64,000 nucleotides of DNA. Origin: a virus. The stretch is taken from positions 1 to 64,000 of IMG/VR virus record IMGVR_UViG_3300025161_000006; one strand, written 5' to 3'. Positions 38,801 to 48,864 of this stretch are shown one piece after another (position 1 is the first letter of the stretch; every line of letters begins with the position of its first letter). The notes under the pieces were generated by a model. It was not told where the DNA came from, searched no databases, and saw nothing but the letters and a program-made list of their open reading frames with translations. The position numbers were made by a program, and so were the translations under genes.

Positions 38801-41800
38801 TTCTTGTTGCAGAGAAGACGGGGGATAAAGCCTACACTTTATATGGACGTAATGCAGCGAGTGGTGAGTTTAGTATTAACAAAGGTACTTATGATATAGA
38901 TAAGGATTTTATTGAGAGATATACACCACTGTATGAGCTGCAGGTTAAGAAAGTTACTGATGATAACAGGTTAAATCCTGAAGATGTCAATGGTACAAGT
39001 GATGCGGGTAGTCTATCTGACATGGCTCCTATAACAAGTACAAGAAAGTACAATAGGGTATCTTTTAGAATACCTTACTTTAGGCCTGGAGTACTATTCG
39101 TAACTACAGATGCTTATTATCTAAGAGAACAGACTGATAAAGGTGATGGCATTCCTGCAACTGCTGCAGATGTAAAGAAAGCTATTGATAGTGCTTCTAC
39201 ACCCCAGCAGAAGGCTAATATCAGGTATGACCGTTTTAACTCACGTAATAATGTCCTTAGTGGAAGATTCAAAGTTAAGGTAAGAGAGCTAACTGCTGAA
39301 CAAGTAGGAGCACCTGGTACATTTGAAGGTGTAGGTAAGTTTGCTTTTATTGTAGATATAGATGGTGACTATGTAGATATGGATGGTAAGAAAATACCTG
39401 AGTCTGAAGCTCTTGAAAATGGTATTTACACATCCATAAGATTACCTCAACATGCTATAGAGACTGTGTCAATGGAGCATCCTGAAGACTCCAGCAAGAC
39501 TGTTGATATGTATGTTATTGTGGATAAGAATAACAGGCAACTCACACTACCTATAGCTGATAAGAAAGCTCTTCAGGAAGAAATAAATAACTATGAGAGA
39601 TTCTACAATAAGATAAAGGATGGAGATATACTTCCCATAACTGCAAAGTTTCAGGGCAAGGAAGTAGGTGGTGAGAATAGACCTACCGGTGAGGTATTAT
39701 CCAACATGTCTGAGGCTACACATAAGGTTACAGTAGTTACTAAGGGGTTTGTTGAAGCTGGTAATACACGTTATACTGCACCTAATGGATTTGTATTTGT
39801 AGTGGATGAAAATAATAATGTAATACAGCTTCAGCCAAGGACACTCACTGAAGATGAAGTAAATTCTATACTTGAAATTGCTGAATACATTGCTGAAGAA
39901 GGTATTGATGATGCAGGTAATCTTATAGCTTCTAAGTTGGAGGGTGACTCTGAAGCAGAGGGTACAACTACAACACAGAAGAGCCCTGAAGAAGCTGAAC
40001 TTGAAGCTGCTATGAGTGAGGCTGTTAAGAAAATCTCTCAGGGTGCTAAAGCAAAAGTTCCTCTGTTTGAAGCTATAGCAAGTCTTGTATATACACCTAC
40101 AAGAAGTAATCTCAGTGATGCTGCTTATAATAAGATGCGCTCTGAGATGAGCGATATGATAAGCTCTTATTCAGATAAGTATAATAATGCTAAGACAGAT
40201 GAAGAGAAGCAAGCTGTAGTATTAGAGGTACGTAATAAACTTACTGAAATCATAGATAAGTTTGTACCCAGGACAAATAATGAAGATAGAATTTACTTTG
40301 TAGGAGCTTTATCTGATGAATCATTACCTCTTGGGCTATCCAATCTGGTAAACATAGGTGGTAACTTCTATGAGCTTCGTGATGCTGATGGTAAGTTAAA
40401 TGAAGATACAAGAAAAGCTCTTAAGGAAGCTCTGGCTAACAGGATGATGCAGATAAGTACTACACTTGTTAACTCACACAAACCTATCAATGTCCTGCAG
40501 TCAGCTAAACGTGATATGGCTAATCATACCATCACGTTGAAGACTAAAGAAGAAAAGGATAGATTTGAGTTTGTAAAGAAGAATACTACTACTGATGCTG
40601 TTGTAGGAAGTACAGAAATACCAACAAGATTAGGACAGAGCTTACGTATAGGTGATAGTAGTGCTTATGAGCAGAAGAGACCTTCTTCAGATGAAGAAGA
40701 CCTGGGTGAAGGTACACCACTTGATTCTATTCTTGGTGGTAAGAAAGCACAGGAGCAAGCCACACCAAAAGGCAAAGCTTCTGCCAGGGGTAAGAAAGTA
40801 AATTATACCAAAGGACCCAGAGGCAAGAGATACTACTTTGAACCTATCAAGAAGGGTAATAAGGTAATAGGATATAAACGTCGTGTAGCTTCTACTAAGG
40901 AAGAGATAGCTCTGGCTAACAAACAGGCTAAGCAAAACTTTGTTCGGGTAGAAGATAGTAAAGGTAGAATACGTAAAGTAAATGGTAGTATATTATTCCA
41001 GCTTGATACTGGTGCTACTAAAAGTACTCAGCATGGCACTACTACTAAGAGTACAGAGGGGAAGAGTAACCTGGAGGCTTTACGTGAAGCTATGGGTATT
41101 AAAAAAGATGTTAAGATTAAACCTCAGAAGCCAACTGGACGAGCTAAAGAATTACTTGAAGCATTTGAAAAAGTCGAATTAGTAGATGATGGTACTATCG
41201 AAGGTGGTGTTAAAGGTACTGAAGAAGCATTAAAGAAATTAGCTGAGGCACAAAAACAGCAATCTCAAGGCACACCTGAGCAGAAACCCACTGAGAGTAA
41301 AGAAACTCCTAAGACTCCTCCTCGGGTTGATACTAACAAACTGCCTGAAGAAGAGGCACCCTACAGATTGGCTAGTGAGCTACCTGAATATGAGAAAGAA
41401 GATATTGAGAAAGCAAGAGCGTGGGTACAAAGTAAATTTGGTAACTCTATAACATTTGAAGTGGTAGACCGTCTTATCAATGGTAAGGCGTGGGGTATGT
41501 TCTATGATGCTTGTATCTTCTTGTATAAGCATGCAGAAGTGGGTACAGCCTATCATGAAGCATTCCATGCTGTAAAGAGGATGTATCTCTCTGATAGAGA
41601 ATGGAGAGATATTGCTAATGAGTTTAGGGCAAGACCAGAAAATAAAGGTAAGACATTCACAGATAGTCAAATTGAAGAAGCTCTTGCTGAAGAGTTTAGA
41701 AACTATGTACTTTCTGATGGTAAACTTGAGATACGCTCACCAAAGAAGCATAGCTTCTTCTCCAGACTGCTTGACCTTATCAAAAGGCTCTTTGGTATGG

Positions 41801-44800
41801 ATAAGTCTTCTATCAAAGAACTGTATGATAAAGTACTCAGCGGGTACTACAAAGATATGAGGCCTATTAGAAGTGGTGTGGCTGAGCTTAAATCTCAGAA
41901 TGCAACACCTGGTGATATATATGCAAATAAGCCTGCTTACAGAGAGATACAGAGTACTAAATACTCTGCATCTATGGAAGGTGCTCTACTGGAAGGCATG
42001 GCATATCATTTCTCTGCAGCCTTATTTACTTCAAGTAAAGAAGCAGATGTGATTCAAAAGCTCTTCTCTAAGGTAGGTGTATCTGGGGAAGTGGTTGAAG
42101 ATGCTATGAATTATTGCAAGGACGCTCTTACAAAAACAAGAGATAATCTTATACGCATTGCACAACAGACAACAGATGCCACAGAGAGAGAAGGATTTCT
42201 TGAGAGAGCAAAGGTACTTGATGAATACCTTAATAACTGGAATTATACTATAGAAAGGTTCTCTCTGTATCTCAAGCGTTTTGGTATTAGCCTTAACATT
42301 AGAGAGCGTACTGCTGCAGAAGCTGCTATTGATACAGAGATGAATGAAGATGCTGCTAGTGAAAATGAAACTAATGTTGAGAATGTTGATAGAGAGCTTG
42401 AAGATAGTGGCAAGTCCACAGATTATATCTATAAGTCTCTCACTGTATCTTCAAAGAAGACAGCCAGTCGTGTTGTTAAGATGCTCATAGCTACTCTTGC
42501 TGAAGTAAGTGAGAAGGGTGCTATCATACGTAATGAACTTGGACTACCAAAGCTTGTTGGTTATGGACGGGCTTTTAATGTTATGTCAAATGTCCTGGCT
42601 AACACGACAAATGTCAGGTCATTCCTTGACAAACTAAATACCCTATCTAATAGACCCGGATTTACATGGGTTAAGTACTTTATCAACAGAATTAAAGCAC
42701 AGCACATTGTAGAAGCAGGTAATCAAGATATATCAATAAGGCAACTATCTACGTTCTTTGCTGCTGCGCAAACATTCTGTAAATATAAACATACAGGTAA
42801 TATCATACTTGTTGATGAAGCTGGTAAGGACACTATTGTAAATGCTAACAGGTTATCCAGTGAAAGAAGAGTACTTATTGAATGGATGGCCCGGGCAAGC
42901 AAAGATGCTGCTTCTAAAGATAATAAGTTCCTTGTCATTGATAATGGGGTTATTAAGTACAATGCCAAAGCATTACTCTCCAAGTATAGTCATGGTAAGT
43001 TTAATGCTGATGATGCCTTAAGTTTTCTCAATGATATAGGTGTATACCTTAGTGATATGCCTGAAGACAGAGAGATGCGTGAAGCTATCATTAAGAAGGC
43101 TCAGTCTATTTATGAGGCTGTTGTAAAGCACATGGATGATAAGGGATTATCTGCAGAAGCTCATATCTATGCAGATGTTAACAAGGGAGATAATTCTATT
43201 CAGAGCATCATCAGAGCAGAGATGTCACTTCTTGGTGGTATAGATGATATTGAGAATAGCTATAGAGATGTTAATGGTAGAAACATATATGCTATCAACC
43301 TATATGGATATACTACCTTCATGCTGGAGGACATAAAATCTATTATTGCAGAAGCACGCAAGGAAAATAAAAGTGTTGAAGAGATAAGAGGGCTATTGAT
43401 ACAGAAATACCCTCAGCTGGGTGAGGAGTATGCAAAGCATTCTTTATTACTTGATAAGCTCATCAATGGAGAAAATGTAGAGATGCATCTCATCAGTGGT
43501 CTTAATCCTGGTGAATATGCTGATACAGTGCCTGCTACCAAGATGAAAGGACCTGATAGAGTACGCCTTGAATTTAACAATCATAAGAAGGGTGTTTACT
43601 CTATGAGTCAGCCTGCAGATAACTCTGTGAAGAGAGTATTTACCTTTGGGCAGTTCTTTACCAAAGAAGAGGTACGTACTAACAAGCACATTAATGCCTT
43701 TGTGTGGTATCTAAGAGATGAAATAGCTCTTAGAGCTGCACATAGCAAGGCTGGGGAAAATTACACAAAGGTAAAAAACAACCTTTACAGGGGTGTAATG
43801 ATTGACTTTGTAAGGAAGTACCTGGCTACAGATGAGCAGAGAGCTCAATTTGATAAAGAGCTTAAGGAAGCTATTGATAATGGTAGCAAAGAAGCTATCA
43901 ACTCAATGCTGGCAGGTATGATTGATAGTATCACTCAATCTATAGCTGCAGGTATTAAGGCAGAGAGTGATTCTATGACAAAGTTACTGCTTTATAATAA
44001 TCTTGTACAATCTGATGATAGTACAGGTACTACACTTTACTCTTCATCTGCACTTGACTTTGACTCAACTAAAGCACTCACCAAAGATGAGCTTGATGCT
44101 GAAGTGATGCATTATACTGTTAACCAGATGGTGTCCAAGATGGAGCAGATGAAGCTCTTCCTTGGAGATATGCTGTATAGCAAAGATTTGCTTGAGAAGT
44201 ATAAACGTAATAATGCTGCTATCTCTCCTAAGAAGATATGCTTTGCTGAGACTAAGGATTCTCCTGTTGAAAGAGTAACACAGACAGTAGTACAGGGTGC
44301 TGATAATGGGCATTTACTCTATGATGAAAGAACTGGTCGTAAGATACTAAGGACTCTTGTTGTAGAAGACCCTGTTGTCAAGTCAGACCTGTATGATGCT
44401 TATGCTGAGGTTATAGATGACCCTAAACCTTATAAGGAAATTACTGAAACAGATGGATTCTGCTTTATCACTATGGATGAGTGGAGAAGGATGTTACTTC
44501 GTGTAGGCGAATGGACTGAAGCTCATGAGCTGCTCTATCATTATGAGATGCAGCAGTATCTGGGCAACCTGGTTAAGCAAGGTAAATTTGCTAAAGATGA
44601 TTTCTATAGATTATTTGGACATAATGAATATGGTAAAGTATATTATGTAGGCAAAGAAGTAAAAGCAAAAGATATTAAGCTGAAGGTTAACTCACTTAAG
44701 GCACAGTACTATGGACCTATAGTTGGTGGTGGTAGTGCTATGACAATGTATAAAGCCTCATTCTTCCCTATGCTCCCTTCAGCCTTCATGGATAAAAATG

Positions 44801-47800
44801 GCAAGATTACAAAGACTTCCATGGCTAAAGTGTACTACGCTGCAATGCTCAATGGTATAGGAATAGTAGGATTTCAATCAGCTAATAAGGGATTAACATC
44901 TATAGCTAATCCTAATAATAAGCTATACACTGGTGACAGGCAGTTAAACATTGCATTTGACAAGCCTGAAGAGCTGGCAGATAATATGTCATTTCAGGAT
45001 ACTTACTATGAACATTGGGGTATACAGCAAGATACGGGCTTTGACAGGCATAATGAGAATGTACTTGGTACTCAGATGATGAAGATTATACGCTCTTATA
45101 TCTATTCTGAAGGTAAGCCTGTTAATGAGAAACAAGCAAGAAGATTAAGAGGGCTTGATGAGCTTAATGCCAGAAGATTACAGTATGGTGTAAAGAATCT
45201 TATTAATACACTTGGGCTTACCTATGATAGCCAGCGTGATGTTTATATTATTGATGCAGAATCTCTTGATAGTATTAAAACAAGACTTATAAATGTTGCT
45301 GCTGCAAGGGATGTACCTGAGAATATCATAGAGGCTATTAATAACTTGAGCCCTTCTTATGGAGCAGAGTTGATTGTTGATAGAAAGACTATGGAAAAGC
45401 TCCTTACTTCTATTGCTAAGAATATGACTATCAGCAGGAAAGTAAGAGGCTCAGCTCCTTATCAAGTACCATCAACACTCTTTGAACCTGATGAGTTTGT
45501 AAAGACTAAGACTAAGGAAGGTAACAAGGAATACTTAACATCCAACTTCCTTAAGACTTATAGGAATGAGAATGGTGCCATCACTAAGATGCAGGTTTAT
45601 CTTCCTTCTTATCTTGAAGGAGTGATTAATCCCAAGAATGTGGATGCATCCCTGCTTCAACTTATAGGATACAGAATCCCAACACAAGCACTTGCTTCTA
45701 TTGAAGCTATTGAAGTTGCAGGATTCTTGCCTGCACATTATGGAGATGTGATTGTACTGCCTACTGAAGTAGTTGCTAAGACTAACAGTGACTATGATAT
45801 TGATAAGATGAACCTTATCATACCAAGGTACTATACAGTTAACAAACAACTTGCTGATGGAAGAATAGTAACAGAGCATCATGTTATTAAGGGTACAAAG
45901 ATTGCTTATGATAGTTATGTAGCTGATGTAGAAGCTCATAATATTGTAAGTGAGAATAGACAGGCTATAATGAGTTTTGATGAGTGGATGGAGCAGTCTA
46001 TTGAGAATGATATGATAAATACTATATCTTCTATACTCACTGACCCATCTAACTTCAAACATCTTATAGAACCTGTAGGTCCTGGTAATTTAAGTAAGTT
46101 ACGCAGTGACCTTGACCTGCTCACACAAGGTATCTTTAGAGAGAACTTTGCTACTGATGAGGAATATGAAGCTGCAAGAAAGCAGGCTTTACAGAGAGAA
46201 AGTTCCTATGGGTTTGACTCATTCATAAGTCCTACTTTTAATGTTAGATTTGAAGAAGAAGCTATAGAAGGTAAGGAATCTATTGGTATAGTAGCTCTTG
46301 CATTAACATTTAAGATTATTTCAGCGGAGCATGAAGTGTCAGTAGCTCCACAAATAGAAGTTTCAAATCCCTATACCAGAGAGACCAGGACAGTAGCTAC
46401 TTACATAAGGCTTCTTCACAATACAAATGAGAAGGGGGAGATATCTTTATCTAAGCAGACAGATGTAGAAGGTAAGTCTATTAACAATACACTAAGTAAG
46501 TATGCATCTCTAACTGTAGATAATATCAAGACTATGGACTTGAAGAGACTTGATGTTACTACAGCAACCTTACCTGTAATAGAATATCTTGTTATGGCTG
46601 GTGTACCTGTAGAGACTATCCATCTGTTCCTAAAACAACCTGCTATACAGAGGTTCTTACAGTTACAAGAATATTATGAGTCAGCTACAGCTGTATCTCA
46701 GGATGATGATGCTAATGTAAGTATGATACATAGCATGGTTGAGGAAGAGTTTGCTGTTGAGAATATGAGTGCTTATGATATACCTTCTACAGTTGATGCA
46801 AAAACTCTTGAAGATGCTATCAAGAAGTTTATACTTAACAAAGGTAGTCTCTCTGCTGAAGCAAAAGCTTTTCAGATTGCTATGCTAAGAGATTACAGAC
46901 ATTATATGAGTGTAGCAAAAGGACTTTCAAGCGCAGTACAGGCTGTTCAGTATGATACTCAATCTGTAGGTAGCTCTATTGGTAGAATCATTTATATGCT
47001 TACTCTCAAAGAAAGAGCACTTGAACAGGGTATTATCCAGGGATTTGATAAGATACTTGGATATGCTGGGGAGCATTCTTTTGTGAAACCTTACAGAGAA
47101 ACTCTTGAAGAAGTACTGAAGATATATCATCCTTACTTTATACAGCTTTACAATGAGCCCTTCTATGAATCTCTAACCGACTTAGCTCGCAAGCTTACAT
47201 CAAGTGGAACATACTATAGTAAGGATGAAGTAATAAGAATACTTGATAACTATGCATCAGAGTTTATTACTTATCTGATGATGACACGTGAAGTATCCAT
47301 TAATGGAACGAAGATAAATAAGCCTGTTAGTGAGATGACTGATGCCTTATTTACAGGTGAAGATGCTGTAGGTGCAAGAATAGCAAGAATAAAGGACATT
47401 ATCAGGCGTGGAGATATGGGTGAACAATTTGATAATGCAGAAGAGTATGCTCTGTATAATAACTACAGTGATAATGCTTTCATACGTAGTATCAGTGCTA
47501 TCTATGATAGTGAGACTAATATGTGGGGTGTAGTCTCATTTAATAATAAACTTGAAGCTATAGAATCTGATGATGTTACTAAGGGCTGGCAAGAACTCTT
47601 TGATGCAGGAGACCCTCTTGCTACAGAGCTGGTCTTACTTGCTATACATCAGACAGGCATAAAGGATGTACCAGGCTCATTAATTAAGTTCATGCCTGCC
47701 AATATATATGCAGATATGATTAGTTCAGTACTAAGGACAGCTGATGTAACAATAGACCACAGTGAGATACAATCTTTCCAGAATCAGTTTATACTGAATA

Positions 47801-48813
47801 ATGCACGTAGTAGAGTACTCATGCCTACTATAGTTCCTGGAAAGAGAAGACCTGCTGGGTTTGTTAATACATACATGCATCCTTATGCTAAGGAGAAGGT
47901 GCTGAAAAAAGAGTTTCTTGCTAAACATGGTAAGTTAAGTGCTAAAGCTTTAAGTACTAAGATTAGAGAAGCTCTTGCTCGTGGAGAAAAGCCTTACTCA
48001 GCTAAATTTAATATCTATGATACTACTACAGGGCAGAGAGTAGAAGGATTTAGAGGATTCTTTAATCCCAGTACCAGGATGTCTGTTGTTGACTATAGGA
48101 GAGGGGTATTTGAATATTCTCAAAAACCAACTGAAAATATGGTTAAGAAAGAATCTCCTGTAGACAAGATATTAACAGAAGATGCACAATCTGATGTAGC
48201 AACAGATAATCGTGCTTTTGTAATATATACAGTTCCTTCTACACAGTATAAGGATAGAACAAGAGTTAATGCAGCTAAGACAGACATTACTCTGAGATTT
48301 GCTGTAGACTTTACAACTGCTGATGAAAAAGCTACTCTTAATGCTATTAGAGAGTTCAGGAAAAAGTATGCTGATATAAATCTACTAGATAACAAACTTA
48401 CTGTTACTAAAGAAGATATATCAAGAGTAGCTAATGAAATACGCAGGTTAGGCAAGCCTGAAGTAACAATTAATATTGCTGGTAATGCTCATGATACATT
48501 AAGTGCTAAGGATATATCACAAGCTGCAATAGATAAGTATATGGAAGAATTTATTTACAGATTAAGAAATGAACTTGGCACTGAAGTAGCTATTCAGGCT
48601 ATATATAGTGGTGGACAAACTGGTGCAGATGAAGCTGGTACAAAGGCAGCCTTGAAAGCTCAGATTCCTGCACGTATATATGCTACAGAAGATTTAAGGA
48701 CTAAAAAAGGTTCTGGTATAACAGCCTTTACAGATAGATTCAAGGATGTTAAGATTGATGACGAGGATGAATCTAATGATAGTCAAGTACCTTTCTGCAT
48801 CATAGGATTGTAA
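35824..48813 (+). CDS. Virion-packaged two-barrel RNA polymerase polyprotein (N-terminal membrane/coiled-coil region, zincin, RNAP, C-terminal SLOG-like domain); likely start MRKF at 35824
   Basis: Catalytic loop SDYDIDK (DYDIDK at 45790-45807), GYRIPTQ, ETDG, zincin HEAFH (41554-41568) with EEALAEEFR, SGGQTGAD (48607-48630). Confidence 0.92.
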   Translation: MRKFSIDKNVLTENYANPTSITPEEAAKQPILSTPGQIGYTYEQLKRYIPGLVSPYDFQEQLGVYQPASSKVLNGLGKMGITAAATFSDAFIGTAVGLVNMIGGGSFTDNPYSRAVNDLLAKSEEWLPNYRTHAEENMNLLQKLGTANFWADSIIKNTGFALGMLGAAMVGNELAFSKIFGASKLEGQIMRALGAYGDDAVKGIKALDGTILQSSDDVLKALYTNNLDLANLSNEVIQNAKMLKIKSGLQAVTSAAWGAQGEARFESINTRDETYQNLIRDELIKTQQQNPYRLITENDIPEERKQEFKKQAAAAGNIDFALNMPLLTAGELIQFSKVLGRGYKFEKRAFNLLQDKVALDETGKMVIQAPKGFWQKAARAALVTGKVLERPYLEGQEEQLQFAIQEGSEDYVARRNDPNSQGWLTDGFKATVEGLSKAYGTQEGWENFLAGFITSMIPMPTFGAKGAPKFMSPMVESIKELKEGRAAVQSAVNSFNKMYNTYEPLIKGITAIRSYEQDKSKALENDDVFSYESANSMQLTELVMALHELGRLDILKEKIAQARELSGDDIIKMLTITKDAQGNPLPQEKWINPYENTDPDEVKQIYNQRLDKLQAQIDAIAKIKEGVETQFGKYTSAEGRVALIHDLAYAENLDSRIKSMSADLQRLGVVDSEKLAALLEERAKLGLDIAGATTRADISKLDELNKKIIDGIVAFEGENARPELEAMAKANPQALIERARASIQEEPTRRAGLRLIHTSILEKTNTKREEIVKEKAALNENKEIAEEEKTAKNAELDKQLEIYDKVLKTSQDRLSELLGNNYDWIADELKALEEENARYTKAKEELDALVKQQNALVEKIAEVQTNKLATLGPVYGLSKEEYINRLVALHDAQEQLNANVAARMKEAPHLSEDIFKLVTDISRAQNAKLRALNNYMNNVKAIHDNPEAFQKRLDKLFDHLNNRAVESRIATLKEATDLANGRMAFVDNASKEVLVAEKTGDKAYTLYGRNAASGEFSINKGTYDIDKDFIERYTPLYELQVKKVTDDNRLNPEDVNGTSDAGSLSDMAPITSTRKYNRVSFRIPYFRPGVLFVTTDAYYLREQTDKGDGIPATAADVKKAIDSASTPQQKANIRYDRFNSRNNVLSGRFKVKVRELTAEQVGAPGTFEGVGKFAFIVDIDGDYVDMDGKKIPESEALENGIYTSIRLPQHAIETVSMEHPEDSSKTVDMYVIVDKNNRQLTLPIADKKALQEEINNYERFYNKIKDGDILPITAKFQGKEVGGENRPTGEVLSNMSEATHKVTVVTKGFVEAGNTRYTAPNGFVFVVDENNNVIQLQPRTLTEDEVNSILEIAEYIAEEGIDDAGNLIASKLEGDSEAEGTTTTQKSPEEAELEAAMSEAVKKISQGAKAKVPLFEAIASLVYTPTRSNLSDAAYNKMRSEMSDMISSYSDKYNNAKTDEEKQAVVLEVRNKLTEIIDKFVPRTNNEDRIYFVGALSDESLPLGLSNLVNIGGNFYELRDADGKLNEDTRKALKEALANRMMQISTTLVNSHKPINVLQSAKRDMANHTITLKTKEEKDRFEFVKKNTTTDAVVGSTEIPTRLGQSLRIGDSSAYEQKRPSSDEEDLGEGTPLDSILGGKKAQEQATPKGKASARGKKVNYTKGPRGKRYYFEPIKKGNKVIGYKRRVASTKEEIALANKQAKQNFVRVEDSKGRIRKVNGSILFQLDTGATKSTQHGTTTKSTEGKSNLEALREAMGIKKDVKIKPQKPTGRAKELLEAFEKVELVDDGTIEGGVKGTEEALKKLAEAQKQQSQGTPEQKPTESKETPKTPPRVDTNKLPEEEAPYRLASELPEYEKEDIEKARAWVQSKFGNSITFEVVDRLINGKAWGMFYDACIFLYKHAEVGTAYHEAFHAVKRMYLSDREWRDIANEFRARPENKGKTFTDSQIEEALAEEFRNYVLSDGKLEIRSPKKHSFFSRLLDLIKRLFGMDKSSIKELYDKVLSGYYKDMRPIRSGVAELKSQNATPGDIYANKPAYREIQSTKYSASMEGALLEGMAYHFSAALFTSSKEADVIQKLFSKVGVSGEVVEDAMNYCKDALTKTRDNLIRIAQQTTDATEREGFLERAKVLDEYLNNWNYTIERFSLYLKRFGISLNIRERTAAEAAIDTEMNEDAASENETNVENVDRELEDSGKSTDYIYKSLTVSSKKTASRVVKMLIATLAEVSEKGAIIRNELGLPKLVGYGRAFNVMSNVLANTTNVRSFLDKLNTLSNRPGFTWVKYFINRIKAQHIVEAGNQDISIRQLSTFFAAAQTFCKYKHTGNIILVDEAGKDTIVNANRLSSERRVLIEWMARASKDAASKDNKFLVIDNGVIKYNAKALLSKYSHGKFNADDALSFLNDIGVYLSDMPEDREMREAIIKKAQSIYEAVVKHMDDKGLSAEAHIYADVNKGDNSIQSIIRAEMSLLGGIDDIENSYRDVNGRNIYAINLYGYTTFMLEDIKSIIAEARKENKSVEEIRGLLIQKYPQLGEEYAKHSLLLDKLINGENVEMHLISGLNPGEYADTVPATKMKGPDRVRLEFNNHKKGVYSMSQPADNSVKRVFTFGQFFTKEEVRTNKHINAFVWYLRDEIALRAAHSKAGENYTKVKNNLYRGVMIDFVRKYLATDEQRAQFDKELKEAIDNGSKEAINSMLAGMIDSITQSIAAGIKAESDSMTKLLLYNNLVQSDDSTGTTLYSSSALDFDSTKALTKDELDAEVMHYTVNQMVSKMEQMKLFLGDMLYSKDLLEKYKRNNAAISPKKICFAETKDSPVERVTQTVVQGADNGHLLYDERTGRKILRTLVVEDPVVKSDLYDAYAEVIDDPKPYKEITETDGFCFITMDEWRRMLLRVGEWTEAHELLYHYEMQQYLGNLVKQGKFAKDDFYRLFGHNEYGKVYYVGKEVKAKDIKLKVNSLKAQYYGPIVGGGSAMTMYKASFFPMLPSAFMDKNGKITKTSMAKVYYAAMLNGIGIVGFQSANKGLTSIANPNNKLYTGDRQLNIAFDKPEELADNMSFQDTYYEHWGIQQDTGFDRHNENVLGTQMMKIIRSYIYSEGKPVNEKQARRLRGLDELNARRLQYGVKNLINTLGLTYDSQRDVYIIDAESLDSIKTRLINVAAARDVPENIIEAINNLSPSYGAELIVDRKTMEKLLTSIAKNMTISRKVRGSAPYQVPSTLFEPDEFVKTKTKEGNKEYLTSNFLKTYRNENGAITKMQVYLPSYLEGVINPKNVDASLLQLIGYRIPTQALASIEAIEVAGFLPAHYGDVIVLPTEVVAKTNSDYDIDKMNLIIPRYYTVNKQLADGRIVTEHHVIKGTKIAYDSYVADVEAHNIVSENRQAIMSFDEWMEQSIENDMINTISSILTDPSNFKHLIEPVGPGNLSKLRSDLDLLTQGIFRENFATDEEYEAARKQALQRESSYGFDSFISPTFNVRFEEEAIEGKESIGIVALALTFKIISAEHEVSVAPQIEVSNPYTRETRTVATYIRLLHNTNEKGEISLSKQTDVEGKSINNTLSKYASLTVDNIKTMDLKRLDVTTATLPVIEYLVMAGVPVETIHLFLKQPAIQRFLQLQEYYESATAVSQDDDANVSMIHSMVEEEFAVENMSAYDIPSTVDAKTLEDAIKKFILNKGSLSAEAKAFQIAMLRDYRHYMSVAKGLSSAVQAVQYDTQSVGSSIGRIIYMLTLKERALEQGIIQGFDKILGYAGEHSFVKPYRETLEEVLKIYHPYFIQLYNEPFYESLTDLARKLTSSGTYYSKDEVIRILDNYASEFITYLMMTREVSINGTKINKPVSEMTDALFTGEDAVGARIARIKDIIRRGDMGEQFDNAEEYALYNNYSDNAFIRSISAIYDSETNMWGVVSFNNKLEAIESDDVTKGWQELFDAGDPLATELVLLAIHQTGIKDVPGSLIKFMPANIYADMISSVLRTADVTIDHSEIQSFQNQFILNNARSRVLMPTIVPGKRRPAGFVNTYMHPYAKEKVLKKEFLAKHGKLSAKALSTKIREALARGEKPYSAKFNIYDTTTGQRVEGFRGFFNPSTRMSVVDYRRGVFEYSQKPTENMVKKESPVDKILTEDAQSDVATDNRAFVIYTVPSTQYKDRTRVNAAKTDITLRFAVDFTTADEKATLNAIREFRKKYADINLLDNKLTVTKEDISRVANEIRRLGKPEVTINIAGNAHDTLSAKDISQAAIDKYMEEFIYRLRNELGTEVAIQAIYSGGQTGADEAGTKAALKAQIPARIYATEDLRTKKGSGITAFTDRFKDVKIDDEDESNDSQVPFCIIGL

Positions 48814-48838
48814 TATATGGTGGTAACATATAAAGTTT

Positions 48839-48846
48839 TATCTTTG
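48839..48846 (+). promoter_or_regulatory. Bacteroidota -7 element
   Basis: TATCTTTG, intergenic, upstream of ATG 48865. Confidence 0.6.
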
Positions 48847-48864
48847 TAATATAAACTCATTCAT

